The position numbers and the translations under genes were made by a program. Below the pieces are notes generated by a model. It saw only the letters and a program-made list of their open reading frames with translations. It had not been told where the DNA came from and did not search any database. A stretch of DNA of 64,000 bases from the IMG/VR virus record IMGVR_UViG_3300005663_003096, one strand, 5' to 3'. This stretch comes from a virus. Its lineage: Duplodnaviria; Heunggongvirae; Uroviricota; Caudoviricetes. Shown in pieces: positions 37,276 to 47,080 of the stretch; the stretch's first letter is position 1; every line of letters begins with the position of its first letter.

Positions 37276-37884
37276 TTAGGGTTCCATATCGTCGTCTGCA
37301 TCGCATGTTTCTTCGGCCGGAGTTTCGACAGGACGCCAGTCTTCGCGCAGACCCTTCTCCATCAGTCCAATGCTGTCCCAGCCGTTGAGCCGAACCAGGT
37401 AGCTGATCTCCCGATCATCGAAGTCGCCAAAGCTCGTGCCCCGGGGCAGCATATGGTCTTTTTGGAACTGCTTTGGATGTTCCAGCCATTTCTCAACTTT
37501 GAGGGCAACGGCCGCGAGGGACTTGTGGAAGCCTTCTTTGTCCTGGATCTCTTCGCCGTTCCGATTGGAGAACTTGCTGCAGGCCTCGCCGACGATCGTG
37601 TCGATCTTCTCCAGCAGAATGGCGGATGTCAGATACATCTCGATCTTGCCTTTAGGCTCATGCCCTTCTGCCAGAGCGTTCCAGGCCTCTGCCTCATCGA
37701 AGCGGCGCCCTTCGAGACCCTCAAATGTTCCGAGTTTCCCGGCATCCCGGGCGCGCTGCATCGCTTTCACGACGAGCTCTTCACGCGCGCAGCGGTGCAG
37801 GTAAACGCCGAAGGTCCGATCATAGGCATGCTCATGATCGAAGATCGGGTCGAAGAAGGCTTTGGTGATCAGTCTGCTTGTCAT
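37276..37884 (-). CDS. hypothetical protein
   Basis: Start at MTSRLITKAF (37884). Confidence 0.4.
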   Translation of the reverse strand: MTSRLITKAFFDPIFDHEHAYDRTFGVYLHRCAREELVVKAMQRARDAGKLGTFEGLEGRRFDEAEAWNALAEGHEPKGKIEMYLTSAILLEKIDTIVGEACSKFSNRNGEEIQDKEGFHKSLAAVALKVEKWLEHPKQFQKDHMLPRGTSFGDFDDREISYLVRLNGWDSIGLMEKGLREDWRPVETPAEETCDADDDMEP

Positions 37885-37984
37885 GAATGGGCTCCTGTGT
37901 TCCAGAACCATATTTCATCTATGCGAAAAAGCGTCTTAGCTTTCCTGTTGACGCGGCATGAGTATTGCGTTTATCACTTACAAC

Positions 37985-38053
37985 ATGATGAACATGATCG
38001 CCTCCACCACGACGACAACAACCACCCATCCCGGGCGGAGCGTTGTCGTGTGA
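37985..38053 (+). promoter_or_regulatory. Thr attenuator leader peptide MMNMIASTTTTTTTHPGRSVVV (seven consecutive Thr codons)
   Basis: 22-codon ORF ATGATGAACATGATCGCCTCC-ACCACGACGACAACAACCACC-CATCCCGGGCGGAGCGTTGTCGTGTGA. The Thr-codon block CGACGACAAC is complementary to the downstream GTTGTCGTG. It is followed by hairpins and an intrinsic terminator, directly upstream of the ThrRS paralog. Confidence 0.65.
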
Positions 38054-38082
38054 GTTGATCTGATCAACACCCAGACTTTGAA

Positions 38083-38107
38083 CCCCGCCGATGACGCGGG
38101 GTTTTTT
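38083..38107 (+). terminator. intrinsic terminator/attenuator hairpin CCCCGC-cgatgac-GCGGGG followed by a T6 tract, between the Thr leader and the ThrRS paralog start
   Basis: Read directly from the sequence: AACCCCGCCGATGACGCGGGGTTTTTTATT. Confidence 0.65.
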
Positions 38108-38151
38108 ATTGTCTCGCGTCCAATCTGATACCCCTCAAAAGGACCAAGACA

Positions 38152-39402
38152 ATGAATAAGAACAACCACAAAGACCTCGATATCCCTCAAGAACAAGGCA
38201 TGGATCCTCTGGACCACCGCGTGCTCGCGCGCCGCCTCGATCTCTATCACATCGAAGAAGATGCGCCGGGCATGATCTATTGGCACGCCGCCGGTTGGCA
38301 GATCTACCGCGAGCTCGAAGATTATATCCGCGGCCGCATGCGGGGCTTAGGTTATGGTGAGGTGCGCTCGCCGCAGCTGTTGCCCCAGTCCCTCTGGGAA
38401 GCCTCCGGTCACTGGGAGAAGTTCGGCGAGAACATGTTCGCCGTGCCGGCGCGCGAGGAAGGCGGCCGCGATATGGCCCTGAAGCCGATGAGCTGCCCGT
38501 GTCATTTGCAGATATTTAACTCGGATCTGCGCTCTTGGCGTGATCTGCCGATGCGCATTGCCGAGTTCGGCCAGTGCCACCGCGATGAGGCTTCGGGCTC
38601 GATGCATGGGCTCATGCGCACCAAGGCTTTCGAGCAGGACGATGCTCATGTGATCTGCGATCCCGGTCAGGTACGCGGCGAGGTTGCGCGTTTCGTTGAG
38701 CTGCTGAAGGAAGTCTATGCCGCTCTGGGCTTTGCTGATTTCGAGGTGGCGCTGTCGCTGCGCCCCGAAAAGCGCGCCGGCAATGATGCGGATTGGGATC
38801 ACGCGGAGCAGGAACTGCTGGGAGCGGCCCTCTCCTGCGGGCTCGACCCGAAGCTGCAGCTCGGCGAAGGTGCCTTCTACGGGCCCAAGCTGGAGTTCGC
38901 GCTGCGCGACAAGAAAGGCCGCTCCTGGCAGTGCGGCACCATCCAGCTCGATATGGTCCTGCCAGGCCGACTGGGCGCATCCTATGTTGGCAAGGACGGT
39001 GCCAAACATGAGCCGGTGATGCTGCACCACGCTGTGTTGGGGTCCTTGGGACGCTTCATTGGTATTCTGCTGGAGCATTGCGAAGGCCGCCTGCCCCTCT
39101 GGCTGGCGCCGGTACAGGTGGCGGTCCTGCCCATTGGGGATGATCAGCGCGACGCTGCTGTGGATGTCATGGACCAGCTGCGCGCCGCGGGGCTGCGCCC
39201 TGCCCTTTTTGATCAATCCGAAGGGCTCGGCCGCCGGATCGTCATGGTCCGCGATCAGTTGATCCCGGTTCAGATCGTGATTGGGAAACTGGAGGTGGAG
39301 CGTGGCGAAGTGATGCTGCAGATCGGCGGGGGCAAAGAGGCGCTGTCGCCAGCCGCGGCCATTGCGCGGATGGGTGAGCTTGTCGGGGTGCCGAAGGGGT
39401 GA
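38152..39402 (+). CDS. threonyl-tRNA synthetase paralog, catalytic plus anticodon-binding domains only (N-terminal TGS/editing domains absent)
   Basis: Aligns with E. coli ThrRS from about residue 225 onward: LDLYHIEEDAPGMIYWHAAGWQIYRELE…KPMSCPCHLQIFNSDLRSWRDLPMRIAEFGQCHRDEASGSMHGLMRTKAFEQDDAHV…QCGTIQLDMVLPGRLGASYVG. 416 aa versus ~640 for full-length ThrRS. Confidence 0.75.
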   Translation: MNKNNHKDLDIPQEQGMDPLDHRVLARRLDLYHIEEDAPGMIYWHAAGWQIYRELEDYIRGRMRGLGYGEVRSPQLLPQSLWEASGHWEKFGENMFAVPAREEGGRDMALKPMSCPCHLQIFNSDLRSWRDLPMRIAEFGQCHRDEASGSMHGLMRTKAFEQDDAHVICDPGQVRGEVARFVELLKEVYAALGFADFEVALSLRPEKRAGNDADWDHAEQELLGAALSCGLDPKLQLGEGAFYGPKLEFALRDKKGRSWQCGTIQLDMVLPGRLGASYVGKDGAKHEPVMLHHAVLGSLGRFIGILLEHCEGRLPLWLAPVQVAVLPIGDDQRDAAVDVMDQLRAAGLRPALFDQSEGLGRRIVMVRDQLIPVQIVIGKLEVERGEVMLQIGGGKEALSPAAAIARMGELVGVPKG

Positions 39403-39609
39403 TGCATAGCAGGCCGCTGAGAGGCGGCCTGCCCTCTTTGATCAATCCGATAAATTTGCCTGTCGGAGTGTTGGGTGAGGTTTCGGTGGCGAGACATGGT
39501 CAACCATTAGTGTGGATAACCTATCGTATCTGCGAAAACCGAGATTGTAGGGTCTTATTTTGCTCATAGCTGAACCGCGAGTTAAACGCCCAACGCAAAG
39601 GTTCAACTA

Positions 39610-40563
39610 ATGCTTATTTCCGCAACGGCGATCTATGTCGCCATCTTCACCGTCGTGTTTCTTCTGATGGCCTCATCGACCGTGGTTATCACGCAGCAAC
39701 AACACGTTAAGATCATCTCGACCTTCGGCAGGTTCTCCTCCGTGAGAAAATCCGGCTTGTCGTTCAAAGCACCTTGGCCGTTCCAGGCGGCGTCGGAAAA
39801 CTTCTCCCTGAAAATCCGCGAGATTTCCGAGGATGTGAACGTGAAATCCTCGGACAATGCCTTCGTGCTGGTGCCGATCCGGGTTCAATTCTGCGTCGAC
39901 GAAAACACGGCCCAGGACGCCTTCTACAAGCTGAACAACCCTGAGGGCCAGATCCGGTCCTACGTCGTCAACCAGGTGCGCTCCACGGCCTCAAGCCTGT
40001 CGTTCAATCAGCTCTTTCAGGCGCGGGATACCTTCGAAGATGGTGTCGAAGGCACTCTGACTGAAAAGATGTCCGGTTTTGGCTTCCGGATCGAGAACGT
40101 GCTCGTCGATGATCCACAGCCCTCGGAGGACCTCCGCCAGGCATTCGACCGCGTCATCGCATCTGAGCGCCTGAAAGAAGCGGCGATCAATGAAGGTGAA
40201 GCTGCGAAAACCCTTTCGATTGCCAAATCGAAAGCAGAAGGTGAGGCGATGAACATCAAGGCCGAGGCCTATGCGTCCTTCCGTAAAAAGGTGGCCGAAG
40301 GCAACGCAGAAGCGCTGCAGGCCTTTGTGGGCAGCACCGGTCTTTCGGCCAGCGCCGGCCTCGACTTCTTTACCTCGATCAATGAGATGGAAGCCCTGCG
40401 CGACGCAGCATCTGCAGGTGGCAGTGTGGTCTTCGTGACAGCGGCCGCCAAAGAGACAAAGGACGCCTCTACCATGGGTATGATTGCCGCAGGACAGCAA
40501 GAGTCTGCTCCAGCTAAAAAAAGGATGCCCCGAAAGTCTGTTTCATCTCTGCAAAAGCCTTGA
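39610..40563 (+). CDS. SPFH/Band-7 (stomatin/prohibitin-like) family protein
   Basis: N-terminal TM, then VVITQQQHVKIISTFGRFSSVRKSGLSFKAPWPF, typical of the start of the SPFH domain. Ala/Glu-rich coiled C-terminus. Confidence 0.6.
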   Translation: MLISATAIYVAIFTVVFLLMASSTVVITQQQHVKIISTFGRFSSVRKSGLSFKAPWPFQAASENFSLKIREISEDVNVKSSDNAFVLVPIRVQFCVDENTAQDAFYKLNNPEGQIRSYVVNQVRSTASSLSFNQLFQARDTFEDGVEGTLTEKMSGFGFRIENVLVDDPQPSEDLRQAFDRVIASERLKEAAINEGEAAKTLSIAKSKAEGEAMNIKAEAYASFRKKVAEGNAEALQAFVGSTGLSASAGLDFFTSINEMEALRDAASAGGSVVFVTAAAKETKDASTMGMIAAGQQESAPAKKRMPRKSVSSLQKP

Positions 40564-40678
40564 TTGGATCAATATGATGATAAGGGCGCCAGGCAACTGG
40601 CGTCCTTTCTATTTCTGATATGCGTGTTTTTCGCAATGTGTTAGGGTAGTCAAAACCTCAGCCTCTAAGGATACCTTA

Positions 40679-41323
40679 ATGACAGTACAGTCTTCCGGCC
40701 GCATGGCCTTTCCTGCCTACACCGGCGCGCGCTGCTACATGATGCCCTTCATTCAAGGCCGCCCGGAAAGCCTGCCGAAAGCCTATGCGGGTTACGGTGA
40801 AGTGGCGGAACGCTTCGCCCTGCCCGGCCAGGAAGGCGAGCTGGGTCTCATCACGATCGACGAAAGCATGGTCGCGGCTGGCGCCTCGCAGCGGGGCTAT
40901 GGCGCCGGCGATCGTACGATCCATACCGAGGCCTGCCTTCGCGAAAGCCTGCTGACATGGGGACCAAGCTCGCCCACCTGGGGCGATGGGCCTGGATTTG
41001 TCGAGCTGGAGCGCGACACACGTGTGCTGATCGCCAACTCGATCCCGGACACCTGCATGATCTGGGACCTCGATGTCGAAGACACCACCCCGGACGGCGA
41101 CCTGTCGTCGCGCGCCGCCGAGTTCCCGCGGACAACCGGGCGCATGATGGAAGCCGGTGAAGTGGTCGAGATCGGGATCTTTACGCCCCATGAGCCCATT
41201 GCACAGCCTGAGGCCGGGCCGCGGCAGTTCTTCCGCATCGTCGGCAAGGGCGTGCATGGTCGCGAAGAATATTTCACACGCAATCCAGTTCTGGAGAAAC
41301 GTGTGGGTCTGTCACATCTTTAA
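40679..41323 (+). CDS. hypothetical protein
   Basis: ORF of 214 aa with Shine-Dalgarno TAAGGATACC. TTTTTCGCAATG motif upstream. Confidence 0.4.
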   Translation: MTVQSSGRMAFPAYTGARCYMMPFIQGRPESLPKAYAGYGEVAERFALPGQEGELGLITIDESMVAAGASQRGYGAGDRTIHTEACLRESLLTWGPSSPTWGDGPGFVELERDTRVLIANSIPDTCMIWDLDVEDTTPDGDLSSRAAEFPRTTGRMMEAGEVVEIGIFTPHEPIAQPEAGPRQFFRIVGKGVHGREEYFTRNPVLEKRVGLSHL

Positions 41324-41408
41324 GACATACCATTAAAAATAAAGCAGGGCTGCGTTCTTTCGCGCCCTGCCCCCATAGTCATTCCTGATTGAGTGCAGGA
41401 GTTGCAGC

Positions 41409-41897
41409 ATGGCCCATAAGGTAAACATCTATGAAAATGGCTTCGACGAGGATGGCGTTTTGCGTCCATCGCGCATCATCGAGACCGACGATGCTGCAGA
41501 GGCGGAGCGCCTGGTGCGCGAAGAGATGAGCCGAACCAACTCCATGATGGCCGCCGACGTCCATGTCGATTGGCGCCTGTGCAGTTCCATCGAAGAATAT
41601 GTCCGCCTGGGCAACGCCCCGGCGCGCTGGCTCGCAGAGAACCCGATAGACGGCTGCTTCATGTCCCTTCTCGTCGAAGACCCTGAGCATTGGGCCCAAT
41701 ATGGTGTCACCACCCCGGAAGAGCTTGAAAAGCACCGGCTACTGCAGTCCTATTCTGATCACTACAAGGAGACCTACGGCGTCCGGCCGCGGCACCATGG
41801 AATGACGATGGAGACGCCGATCGAAGAGGTCGAGGCAGCCTATGATCGTCTGGCCGATATGGCCCCCAGAGAGGATGACCAGTCACCTGGGTTGTAA
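41409..41897 (+). CDS. hypothetical protein
   Basis: ORF of 162 aa. Confidence 0.4.
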   Translation: MAHKVNIYENGFDEDGVLRPSRIIETDDAAEAERLVREEMSRTNSMMAADVHVDWRLCSSIEEYVRLGNAPARWLAENPIDGCFMSLLVEDPEHWAQYGVTTPEELEKHRLLQSYSDHYKETYGVRPRHHGMTMETPIEEVEAAYDRLADMAPREDDQSPGL

Positions 41898-42071
41898 CTT
41901 GCGAAAACCTTTACGAAGCATAAATGCGCACTTAGGTAAGTTTCAGGGTCGGAGCGAACCCGGCGGCCCCAAGATGCCAAACCGCTCCTCGAAACATTCC
42001 ACGATGATCATCCAGCGATCGGAGCGGGTAACGGGGTCAACTCGATATGACGGTCGCTTAGGAGCATCATT

Positions 42072-42587
42072 TTGGATTTCGATATCAAGCGTTCGCACAT
42101 CTCAGCCCTGTCCAAACTCATGGGCAACCCCGACAACGCCAGGCTTTCCCATCTTCAGCGCATCGACCTGATCGCAGAGGTCCTCGGCTTCGAGAACCAA
42201 GCCGCTCTCATGGCCACGCTGAAGGCGGCCGAGGGCGCCCCCAAGTCTGCGCAAGTGGCCGCAAAGAAACACCAGATCGTTATGGTCTTTGGCGGTGAGT
42301 TCACCTCGGCGATCGACAGCAACGAGCCCATCGGGGACGACGCCTTTGGCGAGGTGCGGGTTATCGATTTCAATACGCAGGAGGAAGCCGATTGCTACCT
42401 GCGGGGGATCTACGACGGCGATGGCTGGGAGCGTTCGATGGTCATGGAGCGCAGCGGGCCCGATATGACACCTCAGGAAGGATCGTATCTCGCAGGACTT
42501 GCGCAGGATTCGAACCTCGCCTTGGTCGAATGGCACAATGCGCAGGCCGATCTCGAGGACGACGATCTCGACGACGAGCCTTCGTAA
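42072..42587 (+). CDS. hypothetical acidic protein
   Basis: ORF of 171 aa. Confidence 0.4.
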   Translation: MDFDIKRSHISALSKLMGNPDNARLSHLQRIDLIAEVLGFENQAALMATLKAAEGAPKSAQVAAKKHQIVMVFGGEFTSAIDSNEPIGDDAFGEVRVIDFNTQEEADCYLRGIYDGDGWERSMVMERSGPDMTPQEGSYLAGLAQDSNLALVEWHNAQADLEDDDLDDEPS

Positions 42588-42780
42588 GCGAGAAAGGCCT
42601 CGGCAGAAATGCCGAGGCCTCCCGCTGCATTGGGACAGGTATTGCGATCCGCATCGCGGCTGATCCTGTTTTTATTGCGAAGCAATGTTAATTGTGTCCG
42701 ACCTCATATATGCTTGGTTTGGCTTAGTTATTTTCACGAGCCCCGCATAATGTCTCCTTAAAAAGAGAAAGGGACGGCAG

Positions 42781-43275
42781 ATGAAGGTCGAGTTACGCTT
42801 CAGAAATACAGATCAGGGAGATACGATCGCTTACCTCCGCACGGCTGGTGCTGCACCAGACGGCGGTCAGGTGGTGCGCTCGGAAGATGAATATGATGGC
42901 CTCGTGCGCGGCATCATGGGCGCCCGGAACCGGCGACGCGAGATCCTGGTCACCTCCAGCATGGAGAATGCCCGCACGGTGGCGCTCCTGCGCCGCGGCG
43001 ACAGTCTCGGTGAGGCTCTGATCACCCAGCTTGACGAGGACATCTATGCCGTGGGCCTCACTACGCGCGATGGCGCTTATGACGATGGCATGCCGCTGAT
43101 CTATGACTTGCGAGAAGTGGGCAAGCCCCTCGAACTCGTTGGGGACTTCCTTCCGATGAATGACATTCATGTTGAGGTTGCAAATGGGCCTCTGGAATTG
43201 ATCACGGCTGACCCTTGTGAGCCGGGCATCGAAGTCACGCAGATCGAAGAAGACGAGCTCGACATGGTCATGTGA
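42781..43275 (+). CDS. hypothetical protein
   Basis: ORF of 164 aa with Shine-Dalgarno (AGAAAGGGACGGCAG-ATG). Confidence 0.4.
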   Translation: MKVELRFRNTDQGDTIAYLRTAGAAPDGGQVVRSEDEYDGLVRGIMGARNRRREILVTSSMENARTVALLRRGDSLGEALITQLDEDIYAVGLTTRDGAYDDGMPLIYDLREVGKPLELVGDFLPMNDIHVEVANGPLELITADPCEPGIEVTQIEEDELDMVM

Positions 43276-43303
43276 TCTATTGGCCGGGCCCTGCCCGGCC
43301 GTT

Positions 43304-44023
43304 CTATTTATCCTCGGCGGTATCTGCAGCGTTTCTTGTGGCCTCGAGAAGCTGCTCGTACAGGTCTTCTGAAGATGAATATAGGGCCTCCGAGGCCTCC
43401 CATTCGAGCCTCTGGGCCTCAAGCCAGATTTCGACGTAATAATCCGCGGCATCCATGAAGGATGGATCGCGAAGGACCTTGTCGAACGCCAGGGCCGCCA
43501 GCGCGTAACCTTTGCCTGCTCCATAATGGCTATATGTGCCACTGGCTTGATCGGCAAAATTCATCATTTGCTCGATCTCAAGGATCGTAAGAGGCAAAAT
43601 GAAGCCGCTTGGTCTGTCCGGCATCTCACTGATCTCGGCAAAGATATTGATCGCCTCACGCGCGCCCTGGGTGAAAAGAGCTTTGATAGAAGCGTCGCTG
43701 AGACTTCCTACATTCCGGCCCTGATCGTCTTCGCAGAGCTCCAGATCGCCGCGGCCAATGATGGGCTCAAGACAGTCATCGCAAATGGTGCATTTTGCGG
43801 GGATATCCTGCGGCGCCAAGGACCAGACATAACGGCGTCTCTGTCCCTCGGTGCCATAGAGCTGCGTGCCGTCGTGCTCCCAGTACCCCACTTTGCGGCG
43901 ACAGAGCGCACAGCCGGTGTCTTCGACCTGGCTGCTGCTGTAGTTTCGGCCCGGGATGTAAATATTATCCACCTCGGGCTCACCCGGTCCGGTGTCTTTT
44001 GAAAAATCTGGCTTCTCGGTCAT
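43304..44023 (-). CDS. hypothetical protein (Cys-rich N-terminal half)
   Basis: ORF of 239 aa. CALCRRK…CTICDDCLEP suggests zinc binding. Confidence 0.4.
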   Translation of the reverse strand: MTEKPDFSKDTGPGEPEVDNIYIPGRNYSSSQVEDTGCALCRRKVGYWEHDGTQLYGTEGQRRRYVWSLAPQDIPAKCTICDDCLEPIIGRGDLELCEDDQGRNVGSLSDASIKALFTQGAREAINIFAEISEMPDRPSGFILPLTILEIEQMMNFADQASGTYSHYGAGKGYALAALAFDKVLRDPSFMDAADYYVEIWLEAQRLEWEASEALYSSSEDLYEQLLEATRNAADTAEDK

Positions 44024-44129
44024 CGTCTACCCTCTTCGATCTGACTTGCTATGGATGTCGCAAGACGGAGACATCTATGACAGGCAGGCATCGAAAAGAT
44101 GGAAGGTGGCACCGTTTTCCTAACTTGGC

Positions 44130-44468
44130 TTGCAGACTTCGATATGCCAGCCTCAACAGCATCCCAATAAGAGGTGCTCTCTAATGCTTGATTACCCAAA
44201 AGTCTGCCGCGAGGCTTTTGCACTTGTCGACGACATCGGCAAAGGCGCGTTCAACACGGAGTTCAGCGAGCGCGGGACCCTCGCAACCACCGTCGAAGTG
44301 GCGATGCCCGTCTTGGCAGTATTCCGGGAGTTGGATCCGAGAGACCGCAGCTCCATCTTGGCCTGCCGCACCCGACTGGCCAAGATCGCCTCCAAAGAGC
44401 AAGGCGTGTTCTCGCGCTACCCCGCTCTGACAGGCTTTGCGCTCGGTAAGGCCATAACGGTCCAATAG
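44130..44468 (+). CDS. hypothetical protein
   Basis: Track ORF. The start may be the internal MLDYPKVCREAF. Confidence 0.3.
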   Translation: MQTSICQPQQHPNKRCSLMLDYPKVCREAFALVDDIGKGAFNTEFSERGTLATTVEVAMPVLAVFRELDPRDRSSILACRTRLAKIASKEQGVFSRYPALTGFALGKAITVQ

Positions 44469-44469
44469 A

Positions 44470-45126
44470 TCAAGGCGACGGGCTCGCCTCTTCTTCGAGG
44501 GCCTTTCTGGCTACCTCACGTGCAACCTTTGCCTGGGCAAACATCAAGTCGACTTCGGCTTCCGTCATCGCCCGCATGCCGGCGGGGAGTGAAGGCGACG
44601 TGCCTTCAGGCAGCCAGGTCAGACTCTCGGGATCTAGACCGATTTTCTCGACAGCATCATGCGCATCCGGTGCGATCAGGATGACGTCACTGAGACGACC
44701 ACCTGGGTATGCTGTCCAGCAGACGGAGAAGGGCTGGATCGTTCCGCGGCTTAGCACGTGGCTCGCACGCCTCCAAGACTCTGCCTCCCCGTTCACGGAA
44801 TGCGGCAGGCCGATCTCATTGCACACGACGTTCCTCAGGGATTTGCACCACTCCAAATCCTTAAGCTTTTCAATTGCTTCACGGTTGCTTTTCTTGGGAC
44901 GCGACGCCCCATTCCGGGTGGGTTTGGTCCAGCCATCCGGCGCCTCGTTGCGGGGGAACTTGAAGGCAGATGGTTTTTCAAAAGGCAGGCGGAATGCGCC
45001 TACCGCACCGATTTCGTCCATATAGGCCTTCAGTCGTGCCTCGGCATCGAACAGGTCTTCGCGCCATTGCTCAAGAGCCTGCTTGGGGCGTCCGGCTTCG
45101 GCGATGAGGTAGATCTCTTTGGCCAT
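44470..45126 (-). CDS. hypothetical protein, paralog of 49078..49989
   Basis: LEQWREDLFDAEARLKAYMDEIGAVGAFRLPFEKPSAFKFPRNEAPDGWTKPTRNGASRPKKSNREAIEKLKDLEWC is about 60% identical to the corresponding segment of 49078..49989. Confidence 0.5.
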   Translation of the reverse strand: MAKEIYLIAEAGRPKQALEQWREDLFDAEARLKAYMDEIGAVGAFRLPFEKPSAFKFPRNEAPDGWTKPTRNGASRPKKSNREAIEKLKDLEWCKSLRNVVCNEIGLPHSVNGEAESWRRASHVLSRGTIQPFSVCWTAYPGGRLSDVILIAPDAHDAVEKIGLDPESLTWLPEGTSPSLPAGMRAMTEAEVDLMFAQAKVAREVARKALEEEASPSP

Positions 45127-45161
45127 GGGGATGGTCCTTATCTTGAATTTCGGGAATGACC

Positions 45162-45965
45162 TCAGGCCATCTCAGGTGTTTCATCGGGCTCACGCTCAAG
45201 GGAGTGCTTGCGCAGGACCTCTCCAGAGGCATCCTGGATCTCGATCGAAGCCAGGCGCTCTCGACCGTTCTTGCCGTCCTGTTTCAACATCGGATACCAG
45301 GAGAGGCGTTCTTTTACCCAGGCATCCTCATCGCGGAGCTCTTCACCCGCGGTGACCCGCACCAGCGTATCAAAGACCTTGTCGATCTCTGCTGCGTCTT
45401 CGCTGTATTGCATCACCCGCTCGTAGCCGCTCTTGTGGCAGCACAGAACATATTGGCCAGGCAGCGGATCACGGGTGTCGAGATCTTCCCGCTCCGGTGC
45501 GCAACCCGGAAAGACAGTATCCGCGGCAACCGAGAAGTAGCAGGTGTTGTACCCGAATGTCGCGTCCGCCAGATCGTTCATTTCATCGCTGCTGTCCCGG
45601 ATACGCGAGAAAGAGGCATTTGCCATGATTGATTTCGCGGCGCTCTCGAGGCGCTCCGCCGGCGCACCGCGCAGCCAGGTAACCTGATCTACGCGCTCTT
45701 CCTCATCCGGGTTCTCGACATCCTGCAGTTCAATGCTGGGGTCCAGCCTCATCGCCAGCTCCGGCACGACCCGGTAGAGGGCCCACTCGTCGTAGCTGTA
45801 GCGCTGATCCTTTGAGAAGGCACCGCTTTCGCGCAGTGTGCGGGCTGCATGCAGCAGTGTTGCCGCCTGCCCTTCAGGTGTATCGTTCTGAAAGGCCATG
45901 ACGGCTGCACGCCGGCGCGCGGAGGCCGCCTGAGATTTGGGTGAGATGACTTTGCGAAAATCCAT
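45162..45965 (-). CDS. hypothetical protein
   Basis: ORF of 267 aa. The GATTTTCGCAAAG motif overlaps codons 2-5, so the true start may be internal. Confidence 0.4.
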   Translation of the reverse strand: MDFRKVISPKSQAASARRRAAVMAFQNDTPEGQAATLLHAARTLRESGAFSKDQRYSYDEWALYRVVPELAMRLDPSIELQDVENPDEEERVDQVTWLRGAPAERLESAAKSIMANASFSRIRDSSDEMNDLADATFGYNTCYFSVAADTVFPGCAPEREDLDTRDPLPGQYVLCCHKSGYERVMQYSEDAAEIDKVFDTLVRVTAGEELRDEDAWVKERLSWYPMLKQDGKNGRERLASIEIQDASGEVLRKHSLEREPDETPEMA

Positions 45966-46024
45966 AAAGGTTCTCCTTTAGGTGAGCGTTCGCGTCGGGC
46001 GTCCGCATAATCTGACTGAGGGGC

Positions 46025-46474
46025 TTATTCCGGGACGAGCAATGGCTCGGAACCGTCCTTCGGCTCGGGAAATTCCATGTCGGCCAATGTCTCGAGGTCG
46101 ATATAGCGCTGGTAGTCCCAGTCCCCGTCGATGTCCTCGCAGTCAAGGAAAACACCGTCGCTGCGTCCGATCATCAACCGACCGCAAGTCTGCTTCTGAT
46201 CATGCCAGTCTTCAATCTCACAGCCAAGCAGCGGCGAGGTGATCTTGTAGAGCGCGTCAAACAAAGGCCGCGGCAGATCCCCGGCCTCTCCTTGGAACGT
46301 CGCGCGGATTCCCACGCCATGGTATCCAGTATCGAAGTTGATGAGCACATCCCGCCCCAGGGCGGTCAGACAGGCATGGATCTGCGTGAAGAGTGTCTGA
46401 GGTGTGTCGCCATCGAGAGCATGGGCGTCAACAATCTCAGCTACGGCCGTTGGCTTGAGGGTCTGTCCGGTCAT
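46025..46474 (-). CDS. hypothetical acidic protein
   Basis: ORF of 149 aa. Confidence 0.4.
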   Translation of the reverse strand: MTGQTLKPTAVAEIVDAHALDGDTPQTLFTQIHACLTALGRDVLINFDTGYHGVGIRATFQGEAGDLPRPLFDALYKITSPLLGCEIEDWHDQKQTCGRLMIGRSDGVFLDCEDIDGDWDYQRYIDLETLADMEFPEPKDGSEPLLVPE

Positions 46475-46612
46475 TCCACTGTCACTCTTTATCGTTGCGA
46501 ATTTTGCACTTCCCTATACTTGTGTCAGGATGCCGAAAAAGAAAAGCTTTGCAGCTCTTATTGAATGAAAGAAGATCAGTAAGTGCCAATCATGATCAAC
46601 GAGGAGACCTCA

Positions 46613-46959
46613 TGTCGGACGCATCAAACAAAACCCAGGAGGCCTCAATCTGGGTGGTGGCCTATAACCACGACTACAACGAATACTCCCGGGCGTTTAA
46701 TGATCCCCGTCTGGCGGCGATCGACATCGCGCGTGAGTTCAACATCACCGCCGTGATCTCCAGAGCCGGGGCAACGGAGGCCTTTTGGGACCGGATCAAC
46801 GAAGAATATGAGGCGAACAGTTGGAAAGGCTTGACGGTCCACAGTCTAAATCCGGAGAGCTTAGAGATGGTGAAATCTGCGCCAGAGGAAATGCAGTTCT
46901 CCCTCGAAGAGCTTTCCGAGGCGGATCCTGACTTCGCCATCACGCCGCCTGCCCCATAG
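46613..46959 (+). CDS. hypothetical protein
   Basis: Start at the ATG with Shine-Dalgarno (CGAGGAGACCTC-ATG). MSDASNKTQEASIWVVAYNHDY…. Confidence 0.45.
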
Positions 46960-47080
46960 CGCCCTCTTTGCGACGAATGATATTCACCGAGTGCTCGTTT
47001 AACGAGTAGATATCTTGGCAAGCGGGGTCGCTGCGCCTCATGGGCATTTCAAAGCAGTAATTTCCCCTGCTGTCTATGAT

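Noticed and set aside
38347-39216. 289-aa minus-strand ORF
   Set aside because: Antisense to the ThrRS paralog.
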